Source: Octopus sinensis (taxonomy: Eukaryota). Taken from it: a stretch of 64,000 nucleotides of DNA. The position numbers and the translations under genes are program-made. This document shows, piece by piece, positions 49,362 to 62,139 of the stretch (the first letter of the stretch is position 1; each line of letters opens with the position of its first letter). The notes below the pieces were generated by a model. That model saw only the letters and a list, made by a program, of their open reading frames with translations, was not told where the DNA came from and searched no databases. The stretch lies in assembly GCF_006345805.1 (NCBI RefSeq), contig NC_043000.1, positions 119,288,001 through 119,352,000 of the forward strand, given 5' to 3'.

Positions 49362-51190
49362 AACATAGAACAACTACACAATCTTAAATTTAAGAATGTT
49401 ATGGATATTGTTGTGAAGGCCGTGAATCTGATCCTAACTCGCGGATTAAATCATCGTCAATTTAAACAGTTTTGCTAGATGCCGAGGCAGAATATAGTGA
49501 CCTTGCTTATTTCTGCGATGTACGCTGTCTTAGTCGAGGATCAATGTTAAAAAGAGTATTGACTTTACACAAAGAAGTGGCGATTGTGATTAGGCTGGAA
49601 ATTTGGATTGCCTGATGTCCTTAAGCCTGAGTTTTGAAAAGTGTCGTTCCTTTAGAGGGCAACAATATGGTTATACATTTCCTTTTAGAAGCTGAGTTTT
49701 ACCTTAACTTTAAGAACATAGAACAACTACACAATCTTAACATAGTACAATCATATCAATTCCATCGCCCTCTTATTGTCTCCATGTATTTATACACACG
49801 GTTAGTCCAAATACACATAGGTCCGCCAATGTTAAAAAGAGTATTGGCCTCACACAAAGAGGTGGCGATATTTCTCGAAAGTGGCGATTGTGATTAGGCT
49901 GGAGATTTGGATTGCCTGATGTCCTTAAGCCTGAGTTTTGAAAAGTGTTGTTCCCTTAGAGGGCGACAATATCGTTATGTATTTCCTTTAGAAGCTGTGT
50001 TTTACCATAACGTTATAAATTTAAGTTATTTAAATAAGTCACAATATCCACGATAAACGCCAAAGTCGCTCAAGCCAAACAGGATTTCGAAAATGGGAAC
50101 TATCCACACGTTTGCTTTCGAGAAATATCGCCACCTCTTTGAGTAAAGCCAATACTCTTTTTAACACTGATCCTCGACTAAGACAGCGTACATCGCAGAA
50201 ATAATCAAGGTCACTACATTCTGCCTCAGCATCTAGCAAAACTGTTTAAATTGACGATGATTTAATCCACGAGTTAGGACCAGATTCACGGCCTTCACAA
50301 CAATATCCATAACATTCTTAAATTTCAAAGACTTGGCACACAATATCTCTGGCTGGATAATGCAATGAATTTTAAGAAGTTTATGTGTGATTCCAAGGTT
50401 TTCTATATGTTTTGGCTGTAGTGCAATTTTTTTTATCCTACCATTGCTGGGCCATCATCAGTTGCGATGTCAATTAGCTTCGAAAAATCAAACTTCATTT
50501 CTGATATCATTTTCAACAAAGCTTCAAAGGTGTCTGCTCTGGTTACGGTTTTCTTCATAGGAATTAACTGAATAAATTCTTCAAAGATCCGAAAAGTTGA
50601 AGTCATTCCTCGCACAAAGACAGCAAGTTGTGCAGTGTCACTTAAGTCTGTACTCTCATCGACTGTAATTGAAAAATATAGTAATTCACTGCAGGCGTTG
50701 ATTAATTCATTTAACATCCGCTGACATTTCTTCAACCCACCGTGTCACCGACCTCGGAGATAGGCTGATAGTTTCAAATAAAAACATTTTTTTTTTCTGG
50801 ACAAACAATATCCAACACTGATAATAAGCAGTCTTTTAAAAAAAATCACCATCTGTAAAAGGTTTCATCTCTTCAGCGATGCGTTTTGATACTTCATAGC
50901 TGGCAATTGTATTAGCCACATTTTTGCCTTTTCTCTTTAAAAAATGACGTTTGTTTTCCAAAACTGCTCATCTTCATCTTTCCTTGCTTATCCAATAAAT
51001 GTCCTAAAGTTTTCACAATGGTGTGTCTCATAATGTCGTCTAATACTTGCTACCTTATTCGCAGCAATGCTTTTTAGACATATGAAACAAATCGGGTTCC
51101 CAAGTGCTGGAATGAAGAAGTAATCTAATGACCAAGTTTCTTGGAAAATTTGGCAGTGAACATTTGCCTTTTCTTCCTTTTGCATTCATA
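49362..51190 (-). mobile_element. hAT (SPIN/Charlie-like) transposase relic with inverted partial copies
   Basis: IFQETWSLDYFF..PICFIC..IRRHYETHH, FSITVDESTD..AQLAVFVR, ATDDGPAMVG and VRCLSRGSVLKR. Confidence 0.85.
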
Positions 51191-51267
51191 GTCATCGAAT
51201 TTTTTTCCGACGAATAAAATTTTAATTTGAATTAAAAATTTAACATCTTACTCTTTTACTCTTTTAC

Positions 51268-52075
51268 TTGTTTCAGTCATTTGACTGCGGTCATGCTGGA
51301 GCACCGCCTTTAGTCGAGCAAATCGACCCCAGGACTTATTCTTTGTAAGACTAGTACTTATTCTATCGGTCTCTTTTGCCGAACCGCTAAGTTACGGGGA
51401 CGTAAACACACCAGCATCGGTTGTCAAGCGATGTTGGGGGGACAAACACAGACACACAAACATACACACACACATACATATATATATATACGACGGGCTT
51501 CTTTCAGTTTCCGTCTACCAAATCCACTTACACAAGGCTTTGGTCGGCCCGAGGCTATAGTAGAAGACACTTGCCCAAGGTGCCACGCAGTGGGACTGAA
51601 CCCGGAACCATGTGGTTCGTAAGCAAGCTACTTAACACACAGCCACTCCTACGCCTGAATAATTCTTTTTTTTTTTACGGCAGACCTACCTTTTATTGTT
51701 TTCGAAAGCCTCGACGCGTTTTATCTTCTTGTCAAAGAATCTATTTGAATGTATTTATAAAAACTAATTTTTATCTAATTATTGTTAAAAAATGTTATTA
51801 CCTAATCTGAATGTTTTCACGTAAACTATTTTTTGACTCATTGAGGCGGCGAGCTGGCAGAAACGTTAGCACGCCGAGCGAAAAGCGGAGCCGTATTTCG
51901 TCTGGCATTACGTTCTGAGTTCAAATTCCACCGAGGTCGACTCTACCTTTCATCCTTTCGGGGTCGATAAATTAAGTACCAGTTACGCACTGGGGTCGAT
52001 ATAACCGACTTAATCCGTTTGTCTGTCCTTGTTTGTCCTCTCTATGTTTAGCCCCTTGTGGGTAGTAAAGAAATA
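51268..52075. mobile_element. SINE family A (51268-51655, -) and SINE family B monomer (51845-52075, +)
   Basis: Family matches. The B copy has an imperfect TSD CTATTTTTT(G)ACTCAT. Confidence 0.8.
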
Positions 52076-52355
52076 TCTATTTTTTTACTCATCGCAGTGG
52101 TCACACAAAGCCTCAAACTTTTTCCTATCGTTGTCAAAGACTCTATCACTTGATTTGAATACATTCATGTAAACTAATTTTTGCTACTACTGAGAATACA
52201 CAAAGCCTCATACTTTACTTTTGAAAATGTTTTTAAGTGAAACCGGTTAAGTTCATAAATACTTTTAAAAGACTCATGCATTTGCAGAGTCTTTTCCATA
52301 TATTTTTACTTGTACGGTAACCCCCAACCTCAATTTGGTGTGTGTGTGTGTGTGT

Positions 52356-52410
<55 letters not shown>

Positions 52411-52515
52411 GTGTGTGTGTGACAGAAGTAAATTGATACCCTTATAATCATTAAAATTTATTGAATTCTGAAATTATACATTCAAATTATTTATTAATTA
52501 TTATAATGCGAATAT

Positions 52516-53850
52516 CTAAAATTTAGTAGACATGCCCTTTGCATTTCTCAATGCAAGGACCCTATCAGGCATGCTACTGATCAAGTGGCGAATATTTTCT
52601 TGAGGAATTTCTTGCCAAGTTTCATGCAGTAATCCCAAAAGATCTGGCTTTGAGGATGCGTCCTTTTTCTCTTTACGAAGTGTCTTGTCCATTATACCCC
52701 TAAGGTATTCAATGGGGTTCATATCTGGTGACTGGTTCGGCCATGGAGCCTTTTAATGCAATTCTCTTCCAACCAATCTTCAGTTTTTTTTTAGTCGTGT
52801 GACAAGGAGCTCCATCTTCCGTAAATGAAGAATCTTCTTCAACCATTTCCCCACTGGAAAAGCTTGGAAGGAGTCCTTTCTACAATATGGATACATATTT
52901 ATCTGAGCTGACGTTTCCTTCACACTCCAACAGTTCTGATCGACCATTGCTCCAAATTGCTCCCCCAGACCATCACAGAATAGCCGCCGTGTTTCGTTGT
53001 TGGTTAGTTAGTTAGTTAGTTAGTTAATTTGGCTCAAAAGCAAATAGCAAGTCCATGTAGGGGGACATGGAGTTAAGTACAGGGTGGTGTTCATGTAAAG
53101 AGTTCAGGCCACTTGAGGTCAAGGGAGGCTTTGAACAAAGCGGTCGTCGGCATCTTCACCATCTCGTCTGGCAGCTTGTTCCACGGATCCGCAACCTGGA
53201 CGGAGAAAGCTCCTCTCCTTCGATTGAGATGAAATCGTCGCAGGTAGAGCTTTTCGGAATGACCCCGCAGCCGACGCTCTGGAGCAGGAGTGAAGAACAG
53301 CTCTTTCGAGAGGTTACACTTTCCGCTTATGATGTTGTGGGCGAGAATGAGATCACCACGGCGGCGGCGTTGCAATCTTTTCACGTCAAATTCCTGACCA
53401 CAGTCTCCAGGCCCATACTCGACCACTGTCAGGAAATACAGCAAATCTGGACTCATCAGAGAATATGACAGTGTCCCAAAATGCATGTCACCTCTCCACC
53501 ATTTCACCATTGATGTTGGCTGGTCAAAGAAGTAGCTTCCTTCTTGCTGCTCTGCAATAAAAGCCAAGTTTGTAGAGATACTTGACAGCTGTTCTGGAAC
53601 TGATATCAACTTGTTCTATGTCAGAGGCCTTGCAACGAAGAGTATCCTCCACACTTCTCTTAACAAAGTGAAGGGTCTTGTCAGAGGGATTAGTTGACCG
53701 GGGCAAGGTGGTGTGGACTCTTTCACTCTCTGGTGAATTGCACTATCATTCTATTAGCTGTGGAGAGTGGAGTCACAAAGATTTCTGCAGTTGTACCATG
53801 ACTAAAGCCACCTTCAGAATGACTCCACAATTCGGCCTCTTTGAAATTCG
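52516..53850 (-). mobile_element. Tc1-type transposase relic
   Basis: EMSEFQRGRIV, AARRKLLL, VIFSDESRF, KHGG.SVMVWG, EDGAPCH and WPNQSPDMNPIE, with stops and frameshifts. Confidence 0.88.
53003..53368 (-). mobile_element. CR1-type LINE 3' fragment with (TAAC)n tail, inserted in the Tc1 relic
   Basis: RRRGDLI..RLRGH..F..RRR.AFS..PWN.LP. It splits the Tc1 sequence KRLQ|PTTKH. Confidence 0.88.
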
Positions 53851-54018
53851 GACATTTCCAAGGATTCTCTTTTTTTTTTTTTTTTTGTACTTAGCGGGAT
53901 TAAACAGTCACATACAGATCCTGAAATATACAAATGTCAATTTATAAAAAATATAAATATAAACGTTTATATATTTGTTTTGCAAGATTTTTGATGTGAA
54001 ATCGTGTGTTGAAACAGA

Positions 54019-54261
54019 TATTGTTGTATTTAGGAATGGTCTTTTTGCCAGTTTAGCCAATAAAAACACACGCACTATATATTTGGTGTTACTTTGCTTC
54101 AGCGTTATTCATTTTTTTATAGTAATCTTAATCTTATTTCGGCCATAAGATTAAGATTACTGTAAAAATGAATAACGCTGAAGCAAAGTAACACCAAATA
54201 TATAGTGCGTGTGTTTTTATTGGCTAAACTGGCAAAATGACCATTCCTAAATACAACAATA
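54019..54261. repeat. Near-perfect palindrome, arms of about 118 bp, 7-nt loop TTCGGCC
   Basis: Direct reverse-complement match around 54138-54144. Confidence 0.92.
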
Positions 54262-54330
54262 CATATAAACCTTTTCAAATCAAAATAAACATAAAACGAT
54301 ATTTTGTGTGGTGACTATTTACTTCTGCCA

Positions 54331-54387
<57 letters not shown>

Positions 54388-55258
54388 TAATAACTAAATT
54401 TGCTGGCATATGCTTCCAATAGTATTAAGAGTTAAATATTACAAATTCTTTTTTATTAAGTTCGTATAATAGAGTACTAGAGTAGACTCCCGTAGATTCT
54501 AAAGGCAGCCTGCTTCTTTGCCACCCTCCTCCATCTCCCATTTACATCAACCATTTTCATTTTAAACCTACATTAATTTCTTCTCTGGCAACGCATTATG
54601 TGCATGAATATGTTATCCTATCCTATGTGCATCAATAAGATATTTTGGTGACTTTCCTCCTGATACCAAATACTTGTATATCTGGCCTTGAAAACCATGC
54701 CAGATATACAAGTATATTGCCGGTGCTGGTGACGCGTAAAAGACACCCAGTCCACTATGTAAAGTGATTGGCTTTAAGAAGGGCACTCTGACATAAAAAC
54801 CAAGCTAACGTAGACAGTGGGGCTTGACACGGTGCCCTTTTTAAACTCAGGAATGAAGTATTTGGTCAATGTCCACATCTAAACTGTTTCCTAATACAAG
54901 CCTGGAATTCCCCATTCGTTGAATAGACCCGATGCAGCATCTTCAAATATCGCCACAGCCGGAGCCGATGTAAGGGTGGTAACCCTGTCCCGCCTGTAAC
55001 ACCTCTTGCACGAACAAATATTTTTTGTTTACAAAACTAAGTGACCTTGACGTATTTCTTCCTCCAGTTGTAGAGGGGTTATGAGTCCGACATGTCGCCT
55101 ATACGTCTAAGCGTTTTATGGGTGCGAAACCAATGGTCACACTCTGACCGGCCATGACAATTAACTTCTTAAAAAATATATTATTGGTCTAATGTAAGAG
55201 AGTACTTCTTTTTCGGATATATAAATTACTGACGATATATATATATACATATATATAT

Positions 55259-55470
55259 ATTGGGTTGGTGCGCAATTATTGCGACTTTTTTTCAACAAAT
55301 TTTATTCAGCAAAAACAAGAACGATATTTAACAAAAACATCTTTAAATGGCGGTCTGACCGTCTGCCAATAATCATTTAATAATCATTTAAAGATGTTTT
55401 TGTTACATGTTGTTATTGTTTTTGTTGAATAAAATTTGTTGAAAAAATGCCGCTATAAATATGCATCAAC

Positions 55471-55475
<5 letters not shown>
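55259..55475. mobile_element. Mariner-type MITE with long TIRs
   Basis: ATTGGGTTGGTGC..TTGCG / CGC..TGCATCAACCCAAT in a TA context. Confidence 0.8.
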
Positions 55476-55554
<79 letters not shown>

Positions 55555-56149
55555 GAAGGTTTGAAAATGCAATTTTAAAATATGTTTATTCCCTTGACTG
55601 GTTTCACTTTTTTAGAAAAAGATTGTCAAAAGTAACATGTAATAGCTTTGTTGTGTTAGGTACTAGTTGTCACAAAATATTACAATACATATATACATTC
55701 TTTGATAATAATAATAAGAACATGTTAAAAACAGTTTACAAGGAGAAATCTTGGGAAAATATAAAAAAAGTTCATTAAAATATTGGGCACAAAAAATTAC
55801 AGTACATATATACATTCTTTGATAATAATAAGAATATGTTAAAAACAGTTTACAGAAAAAAATTTTTGAGTTCATAAAAACTATTAGGATTTCATTAAAA
55901 ATCATGTTTGTTTGGCAGTATCTATATATATACACAGAAAATTATAAGTTCAAAAAGGTCATATTTTGGTAGTATATATATATATACACAGAAAGAGATA
56001 TATTTAGTTTACAAAGAATTTGGGATCAACTGACCTGTTTTACCATTTTATCGTAAAAGACTATTTTCTATTTCAAGGGACAGTTTAGGTGTGTTTGGGT
56101 GGGGGGAAGGAAGAGCAATGTGGAATTGAAAAGAAGTTTTTGCTTCTCT

Positions 56150-57160
56150 TTCACGGTTCAGTGGATATGGGGATCGGTCTTTAGAGGTCAGAATGGTGTG
56201 TGTGTGTCTCTGTGTGTGTGTATATATAAGTATACGTGTTTGTGTTTGCGTGTGTGAGCCGTTTTTGATTAGTCCCAGGGTTTATTGTGGTGTATGTAAA
56301 TGTGTCTGTGTGTTTAATATTTGGTAGGATGGTGTGTGTATATGTGTACACGTTTGTGTGTACATGTGTGTGGTTAATATTTGTTAGGGTGTTGTGTGTG
56401 CGCTAGTGTGTGTATGTGTTTGTTCGCATGTGTGTATGTGTGCGTCTGTTGGTGTTGTGTGTGTGTATTTATGTGTGTGATTGGTATTTGTTATAGTGTT
56501 GTGTGTTGGTATTGAGTATGCGTTTGTGTGTGTGTATATATGTGCGTACGGTTTATGTAGTTCTGTAGTTTCCGGGTGTGGGTGTGTGCACATGTGTGTG
56601 TTGCATTTGTGAGTGATTTGTTTTGTTTGTATTGTTAGTGCAATGTGTGTGTATAAGTGTAGGTGTGTTTGTGTGGGTATGTCTATGCGTCTTGTATTTA
56701 TCGGGGAGGTATGTGTCATTGTGTGTGTGTGCATGCTTGTGTGTATGTATGTTTGTGAGTGTTTGTTGTGGTTGTTGTGATTGTAATGTGAGTGTATGTG
56801 TGTTTTTTCTTTTGCATGTGTGTGTGATTTTATTACTGGGGTACGGGCGTATTGTGTGCGTGTGTACAGGTGTGCATAAATGCGTGTGTGTTTGTGTGTG
56901 TTTGTGTGAGTTGTGTTGTAGTTGCGTGTTTGTTTGTGTATCTGTGTGGGTGTGTTTGTGTAAATGTGATTTGTAATTTCGGGGTGGTGTGTGTAGGTGT
57001 GTGCATGTCCGTGTTCACATATGTGTATATGTGTGTGAAAGTGTTGGTTATGGTTGCTAAAATCATATTGCCAGTGTATATATGTATGTGTTTTTTCTTG
57101 GTATGTGTGTGGGTTTGGGCTCTAGTGTGAGGATATTGTATTTGTGCATGTGCGTTTGCG
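56150..57160. repeat. About 1 kb degenerate (TG)-rich low-complexity tract
   Basis: Strong T+G skew on the plus strand with only short pure TG runs. Confidence 0.85.
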
Positions 57161-57930
57161 TTCTGAGTTAAAATTCTGCCGAGGTCGACTTTGCCTTTCA
57201 TCCTTTCGGAGTCGATAAATTAAGTACCAGTTACGCACTGGGGTCGATATAATCGACTTAATCTGTGTGTCTGTCTTTGTTCGTCTTCTCTGTGCTTAGC
57301 TCCCTGTAGGCAATAAAGAAACAAGAACCTTGCTCCCCAGTCACATGGTTCCGGGTTCATTCCCACTGCGTAGCACCTTGGGTAAGTGTCTTCTACGACA
57401 GCCTTGGGCCGACCAAAGCCTTATGAATGGATTGAGTAGACGGAAAATAAGTATGTATGTATGTATGTATGTATGTATGTGTGTATGTATGTTTGTTTGT
57501 ATGTATGTATGTATGTATGTATGTTTGTATGTATGTATGTATAAAGATATTGTGCTTTTTCCTTTCTAGTTCAAACAGGGTGGCCTGATACATAAGGCTA
57601 AATATCTTATTGTGGAGGCACATGGTCTAGTGGTTAGAGCAGCGGACTCGCGGTCGAGGGATCGCGGGTTCGAATCTCAGACCGGGCGATGTGTGTGTTT
57701 ATGAGCGAAACACCTAAGCTCCACGTGGCTCCGGCAGAATGTAATGGCGAACTTCTGCTGACTCTTTTGCCACAACTTTCTCTCGCTGTTTCCTCCTGCA
57801 TCTTGCAGCTCACCTGCGACGGACCGGCGTCCCTTCCAGGTGAGGAACCTATACGCCAAGGGAACCGGGAAACCGGCCCTATGAGCTAGGGATGGCTCGA
57901 GAAGGAACAAACAACAACAACAACAACAAC
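57160..57930 (+). mobile_element. SINE cluster: B 3' part, A 5' part with (TATG)n, and family C (57617-57930)
   Basis: Family matches. Confidence 0.8.
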
Positions 57931-58090
57931 AAATATCTTCTTATTTCATTTCTGGTCCTTAACAATCAGAGTCTTATTGTGAAAGACATTCATTTAGAAG
58001 TGGTCTGTATTTGCTTTGCTTGTTTGTTTTTTGTTTTTCTTTTTTACATATATTTTTGGAAAAAAATAATCTTTCAAATTTTTATTTCAG

Positions 58091-58193
58091 CTGTCTGGAG
58101 AATCTTGTCTGTGCAAACGAAGTTAATGAATATTTTGAAGGACTGGTACCAGATTGGGCCATACGTTTTGTAGGGAAATGCACGACAAAGTAA
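58091..58193 (+). CDS. Perlustrin-like / single IGFBP-domain secreted peptide, exon 2
   Basis: Acceptor ttttatttcag|C matches the phase (AG+C = Ser). It encodes CLENLVCANEVNEYFEGLVPDWAIRFVGKCTTK*, completing the last two IGFBP disulfides and a perlustrin-like VP.W..F.G.C tail. Joined CDS is 294 nt. Confidence 0.82.
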
Positions 58194-58487
58194 GAATCTT
58201 AATTCCTTAAAATTTCTTTTCTACACATATTTCACTACAGCTGTTTCGGGTGTGGTTTTTATTTAATAGAAGTGTGACCGAATTTCGGTCGGTAGAGTCA
58301 AAATGGCACTTTTTAATTGTTATAGAGACGATCAAAATGTTTAATTCTAACATACATTCACCTGAAGAAAACGAGGTTTTTGCATGACGTAACACTGCTG
58401 TTTATAAAAAAAAACGCATCTGTAGTGAACCACAATCCATCTGTTGTTATTTATTTTTAACTCGAAGCCTGCATTTCGCTTTGATCT

Positions 58488-58535
<48 letters not shown>

Positions 58536-58828
58536 GGCGGCATGGTTCAGTGGTTAAGATGTTTCACTCGCGATTGCGAGATCGCGGGTTCGATTCCCAG
58601 ACCGGACGCTCTGCTGTGTTCTTGAGCAAAGCACTTCATTTCACATTGCTCTGCGATTATTTCGACATTTAAGATGTGACACCCGTTCCACCTGCACAGG
58701 TAATGTCGATTTGATGGAAGATGTGAGCTTATGTATACACAAACATTTCATCGCTGTAAACAAATCATCTGTGTGGCTGCACAGTAAGAAATTGTCGTAC
58801 CCTCCTATATCGTCTAACGACAGGAGAG

Positions 58829-58871
<43 letters not shown>

Positions 58872-58947
58872 GTGTGTGTGTGTGTGTATATATATATTAT
58901 ATATATATATATAAATGTGTGTGTGTGTGTATATATATATATGTATG

Positions 58948-58981
<34 letters not shown>

Positions 58982-59005
58982 TGTATGTATGTATGCATGT
59001 GTGCG

Positions 59006-59082
<77 letters not shown>

Positions 59083-59419
59083 GTGTGTGGGTGTATATGA
59101 TGGGCTTCTTTCAGTTTCTACCTAATCCACTCACAAGGCTTTGGTCGGTCCCAGGCTATGACAGAAGACACTTGCCCAAATTATTTCCATGTAGCGAGAT
59201 TGAACTCGGAACCATGTGGTTAGGAAGCAAACTTCTTACCACTCGGCCAATTATAACTTCCATTCAAATGTTGCATTGGACTTGGTAATTCTGGTAATTT
59301 CCATTTCCTTTCCAGAATATGGACGCTGTAGTCTTTTAAGGGAGATCACCTCTCTTTGACAGATTTAGTTCTTTAATCGTGCTAGGATTAATCAACGCAT
59401 CCATTACTTTTCAGTTTCT

Positions 59420-59760
59420 GAGACCCCCTTCGGTCATGACACAGACTATGGGATTGCACCTAGAAAGTTACCCTCCCAGGCACAAGTCCGAGCAAGGTTG
59501 TTTTATGGAAGACCAGCAGTCGCCCATGCATACCAGCCTCCCCTCTCCACGCCACCAGTGTTATCCAAGGGAAAGGCAAAGGGGCCGATACAGCTTGGCA
59601 CCTGTGACGTCGCAACTCATTTCTACAGCTGAGTGAACTGGAGCAACGTGAAATAAAGTGTCTTGCTCAAGAATACAACACGCAGACCGGTCCGGGATTC
59701 GAGCACACAACCTCACGATCGTAAGCTTGACGCTCTAACCTCTGAGCCATGCGCATTCAC
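59420..59760 (-). mobile_element. tRNA-derived CORE-like SINE, family D
   Basis: GCGCATGGCTCAG.GGTTAGAGCG head and CTTGAGCAAGACACTTTATTTCACGTTGCTCCAG core. Other pieces lie at about 16050-16200(-), 58535-58790(+), 61610-61790(-) and 63345-63475(-). Confidence 0.8.
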
Positions 59761-59849
59761 TACTCTTGAGTAAGCCCATGATTGAGGTCGGTTGCTTTAC
59801 TGTCCGCTCGACTACAGTTCGGTAGTGATGGAATATAAGATATAAGAGA

Positions 59850-61260
59850 AGGCGGTGAGCTGGCAGAGTCGTTAGCACGTAGGACGAAATGCTTAGTGGT
59901 ATTTCCTCCGTTGCTGCGTTCTGGGTTCGGATTCCGCCGAGGTCGACTTTGCCTTTCATCCTTTCGGGGGTCGATTAAATAAGTACCAGTTACGCACTGG
60001 GGTCGTTATAATCGACTTAATCCGTTTGTCTGTCCTTGTTTGTCCTCTCTATATTTAGCCCCTTGTGGGTAGTAAAGAAATAGGTATTTCGTCTATCGTT
60101 ACGTTCTGAGTTCAAATTCTGCCGAGGTCGCCTTTGCCTTTCATCCTTTCGAGGTCGATAAATTAAGTACCAGTTACGCACTAGGGTCGTTATAATCGAC
60201 TTAATCCGTTTGTCTGTTTTGTTTGTTCTCTCTGTGTTTAGCCCCTTGTGGGTAGTAAAGAAATAGGAATATAAGATTACTGGTTGCAGGAAATAACAGC
60301 AAATTTATTCTCGAAACATTTCCTCAGACATTTTTTTTTATTATCCGCCGTCCTTTCTTTTATCCACACTCTTTCAATACGTCCTTGCTACGATTCAACG
60401 AAATTAAATGCATCACAAAAAAAAAATTACTATTGACACATTGATTGCCATTAATATATGGAATATCAATATAACATTTAGACAAAAATTCTTTTACTTT
60501 GACATAGGGCCAACAATTTCAGGAAAGGTGATAAGTCTATTACATCGAGGCCAGTGTTCAACTGGTACTTATTTCATCGACACCGAAAGGATGAAAGGCA
60601 AAGTCGACCTCGGCGGAATTTGAACTCAGAACATAGTAGCAGACGAAATACATATTTCTTTACTACCCACAAGGGGCTACACACAGAGGGGACAAACAAA
60701 GACAGACAAACGGATTAAGTCGATTATATCGACCCCAGTGCATAACTGGTACTTATTTAATCGACCCCGAAAGGATGAAAGGCAAAGTCGACCTCGGCGG
60801 AATTTGAACTCAGAACGTAGCGGCAGACGAAATAACGCTAAGCATTTCGCCCGGCATGCTAACGTTTCTTATTTCTTTATTACCCACAAGGGGCTAAACA
60901 TAGAGAGGACAAACAAAGACAGACAAACGGAGTAAGTCGATTATATCGATCCCAGTGCGTAACTGGTACTTTATTTATCGACCCCGAATCGATGAAAGGC
61001 AAAGTCGACCTCGACGGAATTTGAACTCAGAACGTAACGGCAGACGAAATACTGCTAAGCATTTCGCCCGGCGTGCTAACGATTCAGCCAGCTCGCCGCC
61101 TTAAAATATTTTCTACTCTGGGCACAAGGCCCGGAATTTGGTGGGGGGGGGGCAGTCGATTAGATCGGTCCCAGTACGCAACTGGTACTTAATTTATCGA
61201 CCCCGAAAGGATGATATCCAGCATTTTGTACGGCGTGTTAATGATTTTGCCAACTCGCCG
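59850..61260. mobile_element. SINE family B multimers: dimer (+) 59850-60265, trimer (-) 60555-61100, and a variant (-)
   Basis: Repeated body units. GGAATATAAGAT flanks the dimer. Confidence 0.85.
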
Positions 61261-61809
61261 CCCTATACAGAATAAATATTGAAAATACTTTTGAAAATTA
61301 AAGGAATTAGAAGATGCATCTCTCGCTCCCTTACAGTCTGTTTGTCTTCACTCGTCCCTCCAAGAAGCAGTACCGCTCACTTTAAGAAGTGCTGCTCTAA
61401 ACAATTAAACATTTCTACTTTCCAACAGGAATCGATGTCCAGTTGTCACAGTTCTCACCAAAGATCACATTCCTCATTTTTAATCAACTGACATTTGCGA
61501 TTTCATATTTGGTTTTTTGTTGTTTTTGTTTTTTTTTTTATCACCAACAATCCCTGGACATTTTTGTCTCGATTCTTGCAACTCTTTTGCCAATTACCCG
61601 GTTTCCACGCGTAATCGAGATCGCAACAGTCCCCGCTGAATCAGTGGGGGCGGGGTGGCAGTCTGTCGCTAGGTGACTCATTTACAGCTGAGCGGACTTG
61701 AGCTGTTTTACTCAAGAACACAACGTACGGCCCGGTCCGAGAATCGAACCACGATCTTGTAATTGTAACACTTGGCCACGCGCCCTCTTTAGTTTTCCTT
61801 AATTAAGAA

Positions 61810-62135
61810 TCTCTATATATATAAACGGCAAAATGTCTGTCTGTGTGTATGTGTGCGTATCCTTTATACAAACCCACAATTTTTCAGTTAGAGGGCTCGC
61901 ACTTTCTATGGTCATTCAAAACCGTCCAAGGGTGGTCGTGCACATCTTTACATTTCCCCAGTCACCCAGCAAAGCCATTAAAAAAATCAATAGAAGTGAC
62001 TTTTTTGAGAATTTTCTATCCAAAACCCAATCAAAATGCCCGAAACTTGATACGCCAATTGAATGCCAGCTAGCTGTATGTGATCGGTCGGAGATTTGGA
62101 CAGTACACGCGTGTATGTGCGCACACACGCAGCTG
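61810..62135 (+). mobile_element. Helitron-like non-autonomous 5' part
   Basis: TCTCTATATATATAAA start followed by TGTCTGTCTGTG, as at 48868. Confidence 0.4.
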
Positions 62136-62139
62136 TATA

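Noticed and set aside
53757-53947. Alternative exon 2 for the IGFBP-like gene (ttag|C TGT GGA..)
   Set aside because: It is the antisense of the Tc1 N-terminus. The exon at 58091 fits the Cys pattern far better.
54860-55130. Possible degraded Tx1 fragment on the minus strand
   Set aside because: There is only a short weak resemblance (RLRLWRYL), which is not enough to call.
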